Assembly (NCBI GenBank): GCA_000995965.1
Contig: LBYD01000003.1
Coordinates: 17,713 to 81,712 of the forward strand
Direction: 5' to 3'
Source: Candidatus Moranbacteria bacterium GW2011_GWC2_40_12
GTDB taxonomy: Bacteria; Patescibacteriota; Minisyncoccia; Moranbacterales; UBA11712
DNA length: 64,000 nucleotides
The translations under genes and the position numbers were made by a program. Positions 9,615-19,060 of the stretch are shown here, piece by piece. Under the pieces are notes generated by a model that was not told where the DNA came from, did no database searches, and saw only the letters and a list, made by a program, of their open reading frames with translations. Each line of letters opens with the position of its first letter. Within the stretch, counting starts at the first letter, position 1.

Positions 9615-10328
9615 TTATCCCCCAAACCGTCTCGCTCTCCTCGAATAATCCTCAATCGCCTCGTGCGCTTTTTTGTCGTCAAAATCCGGCCAAAGCACTT
9701 CCGAAAAATACAGCTGGGCGTTCCGAAGATCCCACATCATGAATCCGGCGCTAATATGCGGCTCGCCGCCGGTGCGAATCAGAAGATCCACCGGCGGAAG
9801 GTCTCGCGTCATAAGATTTTCTTTTATCATCTTTGAGGTGATACGCTTCACCTTGCCTTTGCATTTCTCGATGAGGCTGTTGGCCGCCTCGACCAATTCA
9901 TCATCGCCGGAATAAGCCAAAAGAAAATTCAAAAAAAACTTCTGGTATTTTTCGGTTCTTGTCATGCATTTTCTGATGATTTTTTTGACCGTTTCCGGAA
10001 ACTGGTCTTCCCATTTTCCGATCACATTCACCCGCACTTCATGACTGTGGATATCCTCATTGTCTATCAGTTTTAAAAAATATTTTCGATAAATATCCAG
10101 CAACGCTTTTTTTTCGCGAAGCGGCCTTTTCCGGAGATTATCGAGTGAAGATCCCCAAAAAGTGATATGTTTCACGCCCAAGTCAAGATTAGCCCGCAAC
10201 ACTTTTTCGAGGTTCTTTGCTCCCGCGTCGTGCCCTTCCCAGGGCTTGAGGCCTTTTTTCTTCGCCCATCGCCGGTTCCCGTCGGGAATAATGGCGACGT
10301 GATTGGGAATGTTTTCTAATTGAGACAT
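9615..10328 (-). CDS. uppS: Undecaprenyl/polyprenyl diphosphate synthase (cis-prenyltransferase)
   Basis: HVAIIPDGNRRWA, DLLIRTGGE, RRFG. Confidence 0.95.
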   Translation of the reverse strand: MSQLENIPNHVAIIPDGNRRWAKKKGLKPWEGHDAGAKNLEKVLRANLDLGVKHITFWGSSLDNLRKRPLREKKALLDIYRKYFLKLIDNEDIHSHEVRVNVIGKWEDQFPETVKKIIRKCMTRTEKYQKFFLNFLLAYSGDDELVEAANSLIEKCKGKVKRITSKMIKENLMTRDLPPVDLLIRTGGEPHISAGFMMWDLRNAQLYFSEVLWPDFDDKKAHEAIEDYSRRARRFGG

Positions 10329-10487
10329 ATAAATAAACAGGGAATACTAATCCCGATCTTTATCTGTTATTTTTCTGTGCCGTTATTATATTAAAAGATT
10401 GAAAAATACACAAATGTATTTCATTTTTAATTTCATCGCGAAGCGACTACAAAATTATACACTTTGCGTTTTCGCTTTATATATTTT

Positions 10488-11555
10488 CTAAACTTCTCTC
10501 TTCACTATATAATCCGCGATCCCGATCAGAAACGCTTTGACCTCCCTGTTGAAATCCGACTTTTCAATGGCCGCTTTTCCTTCTTCGACATATTTCCTCG
10601 CCAAATTTTGGGAATATTCAAAAGAGCCGGTTTCACGTATCACTCGCCTGAAACTTTCTATATCGCTTTCAGAAACATTTTTATTCCCCAGAAGTTTTTT
10701 CACCAATTTTTTCTGCTTCACGTCACTATTTTCAAGGGCCTTTACGATTAGGAGAGTTTGTTTCCCTTCCCGAAGATCGGAGCAAACCGGTTTTCCCAAT
10801 TTTTTTTCGTTCCCGAACGCCCCCAAAATGTCATCCTGAATTTGAAAAGCGATTCCGACCGGAACGGCATATTCGCTCAAAACTTTGAGTATCTTTTCGT
10901 CTGCGCCGGCGAGAAGCGCCCCGAGATGAAGCGGGCCTTCGACTGTATATTTGGCCGTTTTATTTCGATGCACTTCGATAATTTCTTTTTCAGTCGCCCG
11001 GCCTTTCGCTTCGAGCATCACATCCAGAATCTCGCCGGAAACGGTATTTACGACAATTTCCTGAAGTTTCAAAAGGGCTTTTTGCTTTCTCTCCGGAGAG
11101 AAACGGGAATTGAATATTATTTCATTTCCGAATGCCGCCGCCATATCACCCGCCACAATCGCCATTGAATCGCCAAAGTGTTTCGGTTCGGCTTTTTTAT
11201 AAAATTTCTTTGCCAAACCTTCATACCTCTTGTGGATCGTCTGGACACCGTGGCGAAAATCATCCCGGTCAATGATGTCGTCGTGAATGAGAAGAAAAAT
11301 ATGCGTGAGTTCTATACTCATCGAAGCCTCGATGATTTTTTCAAAATCATTGCCACCGGCCGCCCGATATCCCCAATACATGAAACCGGCCCGCACCCGT
11401 TTTCCGCCGGCGAGAATCAGATCGCGGATGCATTTCACGGCGTCCTTCGCCGACGGCCCGACCTCCCGCATCTCACGGAGCTTTTTGGCAAAATATTGGG
11501 CCAGACTACGATCAAGCGTTTTTTTGTAATTTTGCAGTTCTATTTTCGCGTCCAT
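10488..11555 (-). CDS. Trans-isoprenyl diphosphate synthase (FPP/GGPP synthase)
   Basis: GGKRVR, HDDIIDRDDFRHG, KTAKYT, FQIQDDILG. Confidence 0.93.
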   Translation of the reverse strand: MDAKIELQNYKKTLDRSLAQYFAKKLREMREVGPSAKDAVKCIRDLILAGGKRVRAGFMYWGYRAAGGNDFEKIIEASMSIELTHIFLLIHDDIIDRDDFRHGVQTIHKRYEGLAKKFYKKAEPKHFGDSMAIVAGDMAAAFGNEIIFNSRFSPERKQKALLKLQEIVVNTVSGEILDVMLEAKGRATEKEIIEVHRNKTAKYTVEGPLHLGALLAGADEKILKVLSEYAVPVGIAFQIQDDILGAFGNEKKLGKPVCSDLREGKQTLLIVKALENSDVKQKKLVKKLLGNKNVSESDIESFRRVIRETGSFEYSQNLARKYVEEGKAAIEKSDFNREVKAFLIGIADYIVKREV

Positions 11556-11599
11556 ATAACTCTATTTTGGCTTATATAAGGAAAAATAGCAAATTTTGA

Positions 11600-11628
11600 T
11601 TGACAAAGTTGGATAATTTATATATAAT
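11600..11628 (+). promoter_or_regulatory. Consensus sigma70 promoter
   Basis: TTGACA-17 nt-TATAAT upstream of the 11660 ORF. Confidence 0.8.
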
Positions 11629-11659
11629 AACAGCAATAAAAAAACGAGTGGAGGTTAAC

Positions 11660-11869
11660 ATGCAACAGGCGACGTCGCAGCACACAGTGGATCTAGGAGG
11701 GGATATCAAACGGATTTTGATGGTCAGCCATAGCATTGGAGGAAAACGGCATATCGCCGAAGTCCGCGCTACTGGCAGTATGGATTTCGTGAGGCCTGCG
11801 CTCCACGAAATGTTCGTGGCCCCGGTCATCGAATCTGAGAAGTTCCTGAAGAGGAAACGCTTCTCCTAA
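11660..11869 (+). CDS. Small hypothetical protein (69 aa)
   Basis: GGAGG SD before ATG, own promoter, GC-rich hairpin plus U-tract downstream. Confidence 0.65.
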   Translation: MQQATSQHTVDLGGDIKRILMVSHSIGGKRHIAEVRATGSMDFVRPALHEMFVAPVIESEKFLKRKRFS

Positions 11870-12010
11870 CCACCTCCACCGTGCAACACCGCCTCGCGGC
11901 ACTAGGACGCCATCGCGCGTATCATTACCTAGTGCCCGGGGCACCTTTTTTATAAGGACAATTCACGAAAATTATAATTCGCCTAACTCGGGTGTTTTTT
12001 TATTGAAAAA

Positions 12011-12412
12011 TCAGGCGTGATATTTTTTTCTCACAATTCTCAATATTGGCCGGTTTCGCTCTTTTATTCTTGCCTGTGCGATCTTATCCTGTAATTCTCT
12101 TTGAATATCCCTGTTGCTCGAAATATGGCTCCATCGGTGAGCTTCCAGAAGGACGCTGTCTGTCCGATCCAGCACTGACTGCCGTTCTTCTTTTGATAAC
12201 TCATCGAAATGTTCAAGGATGGCGTCAAGGCTTTTGACAATGCCAAGAAATGAACTCGCCCTCAACGCTTCATCTCTTTTTTCCTTTCCCTGAAATAAGT
12301 CTTCACCAACCGGAACGCTTGCGAAGAAATCCTTCAAGACATTCGGATTGAGTCTTTCCGTCGGCGCGTTTATTTTTGGAATATGTTCTTCATTTTTCGC
12401 TGTCTCAAGCAT
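12011..12412 (-). CDS. Hypothetical protein
   Basis: 133 aa ORF starting just downstream of tRNA-Glu. Confidence 0.6.
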   Translation of the reverse strand: MLETAKNEEHIPKINAPTERLNPNVLKDFFASVPVGEDLFQGKEKRDEALRASSFLGIVKSLDAILEHFDELSKEERQSVLDRTDSVLLEAHRWSHISSNRDIQRELQDKIAQARIKERNRPILRIVRKKYHA

Positions 12413-12431
12413 AATATTTCAAAATCCTTTG

Positions 12432-12503
12432 TAGCCTCTAGGGGAATCGAACCCCTCTTACTAGGATGAGAACCTAGCGTCCTAGCCGATAGACGAAGAG
12501 GCC
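12432..12503 (-). tRNA. tRNA-Glu(CTC)
   Basis: Cloverleaf GGCCTCT...AGAGGCT-A; anticodon arm CTAGG-TTCTCAT-CCTAG; GGTTCGATTCC. Confidence 0.95.
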
Positions 12504-12655
12504 ACGATAACTTATACATTACTAAAAATTTTTCAAATTGTCCATAATTTTCAAAAAAGAAAAGGGCCCGTGCTGGATGCGCCTGCGATGCAGACGCCAC
12601 GGACCCCCTCGGGTCGAATTTTGGTTTCGCAATTATTAGCTCCCTCCTTCGCCTC

Positions 12656-12874
12656 TTAGGCTTTGCCAACAGGATTGTAGGCGTAGTTGCACCCAAGTCT
12701 AGAGGTGCAAGGCATGGGCCCATTTCCATAGAAGATACAGGATGGGCATTGCTCTGAAAAATGTCGCTCGGGTTCTTTTATGGTGATGAATCCCATTTTT
12801 GAAAAGCGGCTTTCCCTTACAATTTCCTGGAAAGCCTCAGCCGCTGCCATTAAACTTCCTTCAGATGAATTCAT
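12656..12874 (-). CDS. Small Cys-containing hypothetical protein
   Basis: GGAGGA SD; CPSC...C...C; GC-rich terminator at about 12555-12612. Confidence 0.55.
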   Translation of the reverse strand: MNSSEGSLMAAAEAFQEIVRESRFSKMGFITIKEPERHFSEQCPSCIFYGNGPMPCTSRLGCNYAYNPVGKA

Positions 12875-12999
12875 TGTTCCTCCGAAAATCTCGGAAAATA
12901 TTTAGTGAAAAAATGGTTAGTCTTGCGCCCAACTTAAGAATCAAATTTACGTTTAATTATTAAATCGGGCACAAGACTTTTTGTGTTTTCTTCCAAAAA

Positions 13000-13120
13000 A
13001 CACAAAACGACCCAGCGTATCGCGTGGATCGTTTGTTAAAGAGCTGACGGTTGTCCCCTATTTCATCCCGCCGCAACTTTGGCGAAGGCGGATTTATTTC
13101 TACAGCCGTGAGCTCTCTTA
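13000..13120 (-). ncRNA. Candidate structured RNA/leader with terminator
   Basis: GAGCTCACGGCTGT...ACAACCGTCAGCTC stem, then terminator-like hairpin; TTGACC-16-TAGAAT promoter near 13174-13201. Confidence 0.3.
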
Positions 13121-13218
13121 GATATTCAATTTTGCCGAATTTTATTTTCCCCTTTTTATTTCAACGCCTCTTTATTCTACTCCACTGAAAATATCGGTCA
13201 AGCCGGAGTTATCCACAA

Positions 13219-14529
13219 CTATTTTTTCCATTCGGACGTCTGCCTAGGCAGCAGCTTTTCCGATTGTTCGGGAAAACGCATAATTTCCTCTGATATAAGC
13301 TCCATTCGGGCTCCCTGGGAACCTTTTATCAAAATAATATCGCCTTCTTGAAGCATATTTTGAATAGGGATTTTAGCTTCAATCGAATCATTATAGCAGA
13401 ATATTCTTTTTTTGTCAAGTCCAGCCTTCTCTGCCTCGTCGGCGATGAATTTCGCCTTTTCTCCCACCGCGAAAAGCATATCCGCCGTTTCGGCCACTTT
13501 TCTCCCGACTTCCCGATGGCCCGATTCGGTCTCGGCACCGAGTTCCAGCATATTGCCAAGGGCCGCGAGACGACGACGCGCTTTTATCTTTCCTAGAACT
13601 TCAAGTGCTGCCAGTGTGGACTGCGGAGCAGCGTTGTAGCTGTCCTCGATAATGATCGTATTTTTGATACCGTCAATGATATTGAGTCTTCCCGCGGGAG
13701 ATTGAAAATTCTTGAGGGCGTCGGCAATTTCTAGGAGGTTCATCCCAAAATGAGTTCCTACCGCAGCGGCGGCCAACACTGAATAAATCTGCGGCCGGCC
13801 AACTGATTGCATGAGCCTCACTGGAATGGACACCCCGTTGAAATTCAACTTGAAACTGATTCCTCTTATTTTTTCAAGATCCCCGCCATAAAAATCCTCT
13901 GTTTTTTCATATCCGAAAAAAATATCAGACGCCCGCACGTTTGCCTTTTCCAAAAATCCGTAAAATATCTTTTCCGCCTTTATTTCTTCCGCCATCTTTC
14001 GCGCTGCTTCGTCATCAAAATTGAGAACTGCCAGTCCGTTTTTCGCGAGATATCTCACAAGCGTGCTTTTTTCTTTGGCAATTTGTTTTATGTCTTTGAA
14101 AAACTCAAGGTGGCTGATGCCGACTGCTGTCACCACACCCACCTCCGGTTTCAAAAAATTGACGAGATACTTGATATCGCCCGGCCGGTCGGCGCCCATT
14201 TCAAGGACCAAAATTTCCGGATATCTTTTTTTGCTTTCCAGCGTGACAATGAGAACAGCTTTCAAAAGGACAGCCAGCCATCTCCAAATGTTTCCTTCTC
14301 CGCTTTCAAGCCCGAGAACTGTGAGGGGAAGGCCTATTTCATTATTATAATTTTTCTCATTTTTCCGCACCCGGTATTTTGCCGACAGCACAGCGAAAAT
14401 CGCCTCTTTAGTCGAAGTTTTTCCCACTGATCCCGTCACGCCGACAACGCGGGGCTTGAAACGGCGCAGAGCTTTGGTTGCGAAATATCGCAATATTTTT
14501 TCTAATAATTGGATTTTTCTGGATTTCAT
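13219..14529 (-). CDS. murF: UDP-MurNAc-tripeptide--D-Ala-D-Ala ligase
   Basis: GVTGSVGKTSTK, NNEIGLP, EMGAD, DSYNAAP, KGSQG; dcw context. Confidence 0.9.
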   Translation of the reverse strand: MKSRKIQLLEKILRYFATKALRRFKPRVVGVTGSVGKTSTKEAIFAVLSAKYRVRKNEKNYNNEIGLPLTVLGLESGEGNIWRWLAVLLKAVLIVTLESKKRYPEILVLEMGADRPGDIKYLVNFLKPEVGVVTAVGISHLEFFKDIKQIAKEKSTLVRYLAKNGLAVLNFDDEAARKMAEEIKAEKIFYGFLEKANVRASDIFFGYEKTEDFYGGDLEKIRGISFKLNFNGVSIPVRLMQSVGRPQIYSVLAAAAVGTHFGMNLLEIADALKNFQSPAGRLNIIDGIKNTIIIEDSYNAAPQSTLAALEVLGKIKARRRLAALGNMLELGAETESGHREVGRKVAETADMLFAVGEKAKFIADEAEKAGLDKKRIFCYNDSIEAKIPIQNMLQEGDIILIKGSQGARMELISEEIMRFPEQSEKLLPRQTSEWKK

Positions 14530-14534
14530 AAACA

Positions 14535-14645
14535 GAATTTTGAATTGAGAATTGCGAATTTAGAATGGGAATGTTTGAATTTAGAATCCTGAATTCTTTA
14601 TTATTTATTCCCATTCGCAATTCTAAATTCTGAATTCTCAATTCT
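14535..14645. repeat. Inverted heptamer array, type C
   Basis: GAATTTT GAATTGA GAATTGC GAATTTA... / ...ATTCGCA ATTCTAA ATTCTGA ATTCTCA ATTC; supplies the ftsI stop codon. Confidence 0.9.
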
Positions 14646-16524
14646 TATTTTTTTTCTTCTTCTCCTTCTTTTCTTCCACCGTCGATGTTGGCTGCGCCGG
14701 AGCCGTTTCTTCCGGTTTTGGCGCCTGATATATCGAAATGTCGTGCGTGGCGTTGAAAAGGTCTATGTCTTTTTCAGTATATTCTTCGGTTGGTTCGACA
14801 CCAAAATAATCTAGCATGAATTTCGCCATTTCACCAAACGTCGGTGCGGCGCTTGATTCGGCCCACTCGACATTCTTGGGATTATCGAGCTTCACAAGCA
14901 TCACGAACTTCGGGTCATATGCTGGCGCGAACCCGGCGAACGATCCGACATGCGCATTTTCATCGTATCCACCGCCTTCTTTCTTGGGAATTTGGGCTGT
15001 TCCGGTTTTTCCGGCCACGAGATAGCCGGGAACTCCCGCCCTTTTTCCGTGACCGTTTTGGACAACGCTAACCAGCATTCGAGCCAAATCCAGACTGGCT
15101 TCCCTTGACATAACTCGCCGTTCTTCCCGGGGCTGGGTTTTGATCTCTTCCTCATTGCCTTTCACGATTTTTTCCACCAAGTATGGCTTCAAGAGTTCGC
15201 CTCCGTTGGCAATCACAGTAAAAGCATTCACGAGTTGAAGCGGCGTCATCGAAATCCCCTGTCCGAATGATGCCGTAAAAGAATTTATGCTTCGAAGTTC
15301 CGCCACACCCGAAATATTGCCCGGAACTTCCCCTATTGTTTCAATTCCAGTTTTTTCTCCGAATCCGAAATTTTTGACATATTCATAAAAGCGCAGGTTT
15401 CCGAGAAGTTTTTCAACAAAAATGACTCCGGTATTCAAAGATTTTTCAAGAACCTGAGTCATGGTTTGGACGCCATTAGCTTTTCCGTCAGAATTTTTGA
15501 TGGTGTAGCCGGCTTCGCTGACCGCGCCTGTGTCCGTATAGGTCGTGTCCGGCATCACTACTTTCGCGTCAATCCCGGCAGCCATCGTGATTGGCTTGAA
15601 AACGGACCCGCATTCGTACGTTCCGCTCACTGCCGGATTGGAAAAAACTGACATATCTTCCACTTTGGAAAAATCATTGGCGTTGAAAGTCGGCCAGGAC
15701 GCCATGGCTAAAACCGCTCCCGTGCGTGGTTCCTGCACAACTATTGTCCCGCCGTCCGCGCTGAATTTTTCAACCGATTTTTTGATCGCCATTTCGGCGC
15801 GGTATTGAATCGTATGATCAATGGTCAGATAGATATCAGCGCCATTTTCGGCCGGCACAACGGTTCTGTCGCCAATCGAAATCCAGCGCCCTCCCGTATC
15901 CCGTTCCTGCTCAAGGCTCCCCTCACGTCCAGTCAGTTCTTTTTCCCAATAGGCTTCAAGACCATAGCGTCCTTTTGTTTGGTTGCCGTCAGACCCGACA
16001 AAACCCACGATCTGGGAGGCAAAAGTTCCGCCGGGATAAAATCGCTCGTTTTCAGGGGAAAAATATATACCCTTGAGTCCCTTTTCCCTAATTTCTTCGG
16101 CTTTTCGTTCGTCCACTTTATGCTTGAGAACCGCATACCAGACACCGGGCTGATCCAGCTTGTCCTCTATTTCCCACTCATCAAGTTCCAGAATCGGCGC
16201 TATTTGCCGAGCGGTCTCTTCCGGATTTTCCACTTCCCGCGGCACGGCAAAGACGAGATTTAGTTCCTTGTTCACCGCCACGGGATAGTATCCGTCAGTA
16301 TCTTTCACTAATATCTCCCCTCTCCTGGGGACAAGATCGTCAAAAACTTTGTGCTGGTCGGAAGCCAGCTCTTGATAATAACTATGGGCGAGAACCTGAA
16401 GAGTATATAGGCGGAACACAACTATGCCGGCGGTCGCAAAAATAAAAACAACCAGAACATATATCCGGAAGTTTGTTTTTAGAGAACCGGTTTTTTGTGC
16501 GGCAAAATTTTTTTTGGTCATCAA
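14638..16524 (-). CDS. ftsI: Class B penicillin-binding protein (FtsI-like)
   Basis: N-terminal TM, RGEI, R.YP.G, GSVFK (SxxK), SLN, KTGTAQ; downstream of ftsL. Confidence 0.88.
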   Translation of the reverse strand: MMTKKNFAAQKTGSLKTNFRIYVLVVFIFATAGIVVFRLYTLQVLAHSYYQELASDQHKVFDDLVPRRGEILVKDTDGYYPVAVNKELNLVFAVPREVENPEETARQIAPILELDEWEIEDKLDQPGVWYAVLKHKVDERKAEEIREKGLKGIYFSPENERFYPGGTFASQIVGFVGSDGNQTKGRYGLEAYWEKELTGREGSLEQERDTGGRWISIGDRTVVPAENGADIYLTIDHTIQYRAEMAIKKSVEKFSADGGTIVVQEPRTGAVLAMASWPTFNANDFSKVEDMSVFSNPAVSGTYECGSVFKPITMAAGIDAKVVMPDTTYTDTGAVSEAGYTIKNSDGKANGVQTMTQVLEKSLNTGVIFVEKLLGNLRFYEYVKNFGFGEKTGIETIGEVPGNISGVAELRSINSFTASFGQGISMTPLQLVNAFTVIANGGELLKPYLVEKIVKGNEEEIKTQPREERRVMSREASLDLARMLVSVVQNGHGKRAGVPGYLVAGKTGTAQIPKKEGGGYDENAHVGSFAGFAPAYDPKFVMLVKLDNPKNVEWAESSAAPTFGEMAKFMLDYFGVEPTEEYTEKDIDLFNATHDISIYQAPKPEETAPAQPTSTVEEKKEKKKKNKN

Positions 16525-16533
16525 TTTTTGTAT

Positions 16534-16893
16534 CTATTTCATCGCCACGTCGCCCGGCAAATTGAGATAACTCACGTCCTTCGGCGCGACCATATTGAGA
16601 TCTTTGGTCTTTTCTTCAATTTTATACATCGATTTGAGTTCCGCTTCCTGAATGCGAAGCGCCTCATTTTCTTTCCGCGATTTATTGAGCTGATTCTCTA
16701 AATTTCTTATTTCATAGCCCTTTGTCGCCAAATTATTCACTTCGAAAATATAAAAGACTCCCGCCGCGCAAACAAGCGCGACTAAAATAAAACTCAAGGT
16801 CACCCGGCCCATTTGAGGCCCGGCATTCAGTGATTTTTTCCTTTCACCGAACCGGACGGAACTGGAATTGGTGATGGTAAGATAACGGCTCAT
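16534..16893 (-). CDS. ftsL: FtsL-like cell division protein
   Basis: Single TM plus coiled coil, between rsmH and ftsI. Confidence 0.7.
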   Translation of the reverse strand: MSRYLTITNSSSVRFGERKKSLNAGPQMGRVTLSFILVALVCAAGVFYIFEVNNLATKGYEIRNLENQLNKSRKENEALRIQEAELKSMYKIEEKTKDLNMVAPKDVSYLNLPGDVAMK

Positions 16894-16926
16894 TGGACTT
16901 TCGTCCCCCTGATTTTCTTTTTTATT

Positions 16927-17038
16927 TTTGAATTATGAATTGTGAATTGCGAATTAGAATGGGAATGCGGAATCCCGAACTCTGAATTCTTTGTTCTAAA
17001 TTCCCATTCGCAATTCTTAATTCCAAATTCTCAATTCT
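16927..17038. repeat. Inverted heptamer array, type C
   Basis: GAATTAT GAATTGT GAATTGC GAATTA... / ...ATTCGCA ATTCTTA ATTCCAA ATTCTCA ATTC. Confidence 0.9.
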
Positions 17039-17039
17039 T

Positions 17040-18092
17040 TCACATCTTCTCCACTACTCTCATTTTCGCGCTCCTGGCTCTCGAATTTTCACGGATTTCT
17101 TTCTCGCTTGGCTGAATCGGTTTTTTGGTAATAATTTTCAGGATTCTTCTGTGGTTGCAAACGCATTTGGGAAATTTCGGCGGACAAACGCAGTCTCGCG
17201 CTTCTTTTCGGAAAAAATTTTTAACAATACGGTCCTCTAGTGAATGGAAACTGATGACTGCCAGCCTCCCTCCATTAGCCAATCCATTCACCGCCTTTTC
17301 CAGAAATATCTTCAAATTTTCGAGTTCCTGGTTAACTTCAATCCGTAAGGCCTGAAACACCCTCGTTGCTGGATGAATTTTCCCCATTTTATAATTTTTT
17401 GGAACTGATCTGAAAATAATTTCAACTAATTTTCCAACTTCGCCTATTTTTTCCCGCCGGCCGGCGGATATTCTCACCCTTGCTATTTCTCTGGCAATTC
17501 TTCGAGCGTATTTCTCTTCTCCGTATTTCCAAAAAATATCAGCCAGATCTTTTTCCGAATATTTGTTGACAACATCCGCCGCCGTTACTTTCTGAGTTTC
17601 AGGAGAATATCTCATGTCGAGGGGACCGTCGAGGAGAAAACTAAACCCTCTCCTTTTATCTTCAATCTGGTCAGAGCTGAATCCAAGGTCAATCAAAATT
17701 GCATCTGCCGCGTTCAGATCCAACTCTTCAAAGATTTTATCCAAATTCGCGTAATTTTCACTTACCCCGCACCAATACCCGACGATTTTATCCCCTGAAA
17801 ATAGAGGCATGAATGCCAGAGGAGAAGCATTCTCGTCATTAGCATTACTCGCTACTGGTGCGGGGAAGGCCCTATTCCGAATATCGTAACCTTCCTTTTT
17901 TAATCTTTGTTGAAAATTTTGAATCGCCCCTTCGTCCCAGTCAATTGAAATGAGCTTTCCGCCCGGCAATATTTTTTTGAGCATTTCGATTGAATGACCG
18001 CCGGCTCCAAGAGTTCCATCAACGACCGTCATTCCTGGTTTCAAATTCAGATTTTCAATTAACTCTTTTGCTAAAACCGCTTTGTGAACCAT
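17040..18092 (-). CDS. rsmH: 16S rRNA m4C1402 methyltransferase with internal insertion
   Basis: DGTLGAGGHS, DLGFSS.Q, RGFSF, HPATRVFQALRIEVN, ISFHSLEDR, SRARSAKMR. Confidence 0.96.
   Translation of the reverse strand: MVHKAVLAKELIENLNLKPGMTVVDGTLGAGGHSIEMLKKILPGGKLISIDWDEGAIQNFQQRLKKEGYDIRNRAFPAPVASNANDENASPLAFMPLFSGDKIVGYWCGVSENYANLDKIFEELDLNAADAILIDLGFSSDQIEDKRRGFSFLLDGPLDMRYSPETQKVTAADVVNKYSEKDLADIFWKYGEEKYARRIAREIARVRISAGRREKIGEVGKLVEIIFRSVPKNYKMGKIHPATRVFQALRIEVNQELENLKIFLEKAVNGLANGGRLAVISFHSLEDRIVKNFFRKEARDCVCPPKFPKCVCNHRRILKIITKKPIQPSEKEIRENSRARSAKMRVVEKM
17765..17865. repeat. CCCCGCACCA...TGGTGCGGGG inverted-repeat element inserted in frame in rsmH
   Basis: 10-bp terminal inverted repeats; same termini at intergenic 51884-51943. 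Confidence 0.8.
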
Positions 18093-18096
18093 ATCT

Positions 18097-18187
18097 AATG
18101 CAAAATGCAAAAATCAAAATGAAAAATGACAGTGTAAAATTCAAAATATTTTTTCATTTTGAATTGTCATTTTGACTTTTGATTTTT
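18097..18187. repeat. Inverted array, type A
   Basis: AAAATCAAAATGAAAAATGACAGT...ATTGTCATTTTGACTTTTGATTTT. Confidence 0.8.
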
Positions 18188-18620
18188 AATATATTCCGAG
18201 TTTACCAAGCTGTTCCGCAATTTCATCTGTGTTTTTTTCAGCTTCCTTCTTATACTTGCCCCATTTTTCTCCATCCCAGATTTCAAGGCGGTTATAGAGC
18301 CCCGCAATCACCACTTCTTTTTTGAGTCCGGCATACTCCTTGAGATAGTCGGGGATAAGAACCCGGCCAAGCTTGTCGATGTCGACATCCACCGCGCCCG
18401 CCAGCATGAGCCTCACGAAACTTCGCGTTCCCGACTCCCCCATCGGTAGACTTCCAAGTTTCGAAGACAGATCCTCCCAAGTTTTCATTGGATATACGAA
18501 AAGGCATTTATCAAGTCCGCGCGTGACAACTGCCCGTCCGGAAAAAACCTCCCTGAATTTTGACGGAATAGCTACGCGCTTTTTCGGATCTATGTTGTGA
18601 GAATATTCACCAATAAACAT
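18186..18620 (-). CDS. mraZ: Division/cell wall cluster repressor MraZ
   Basis: MFIGEYSHNIDPKKRVAIP, D..GRVLIP, G...RLEIW; first gene of the dcw cluster. Confidence 0.96.
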   Translation of the reverse strand: MFIGEYSHNIDPKKRVAIPSKFREVFSGRAVVTRGLDKCLFVYPMKTWEDLSSKLGSLPMGESGTRSFVRLMLAGAVDVDIDKLGRVLIPDYLKEYAGLKKEVVIAGLYNRLEIWDGEKWGKYKKEAEKNTDEIAEQLGKLGIY

Positions 18621-18667
18621 TTTTTCAAGACGACAAAGAAAAATACAAACCGTGTTCCCCCGTTTGT

Positions 18668-18708
18668 TTATCCACAAAGTGGCCTAGTTATCCCCACTTC
18701 TATCCACT
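18668..18708 (-). promoter_or_regulatory. Probable MraZ-binding boxes
   Basis: GTGGA-N5-GTGGG...GTGGA repeats on the minus strand directly upstream of mraZ. Confidence 0.6.
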
Positions 18709-19060
18709 TTGCAACACTATGAATACATTTTAATCCACTACTAAACATCAGTCAACACTTCATTCCAAAATAATAAATCGCTTATATAAGCAACGAGGAA
18801 GAGAATCTACGCACAAGTTATCCCCATTTCGCACAAAGAATGAACCAAAATAGAAAAACGATAGGAAGTTTATTATTATCTTTTATTTTCTGATGATAAA
18901 AAATCTTGGAGAATTTTTCTATTCATGATTCGCGCCTTTTGATCCGCCCTTGCGCAGTTTTGAAAGCGATTGTATAATTCAAGTGTAATATAAAAACAGA
19001 AACAAAATGCGAGCGGCTGATGGGGGTTTTTTCTTTGCCAGCTCTTCGCAAAATTTTAGA

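Noticed and set aside
11870-11950. Hairpins after orphan genes as integron attC sites
   Set aside because: No consistent RYYYAAC/GTTRRRY boxes, no tandem cassette array and no integrase; they are adequately explained as terminators.
12370-12729. 119-aa minus-strand ORF spanning tRNA-Glu, and similar ORFs over tRNA-Gln and tRNA-Arg
   Set aside because: They overlap clear tRNA genes and terminators, so they are spurious.
18660-18830. Cluster of DnaA-box-like 9-mers as oriC
   Set aside because: Only one perfect TTATCCACA; the GTGG repeats directly upstream of mraZ fit MraZ boxes better, and no dnaA/dnaN is nearby. Isolated boxes at 13209 and 50872 are also insufficient.
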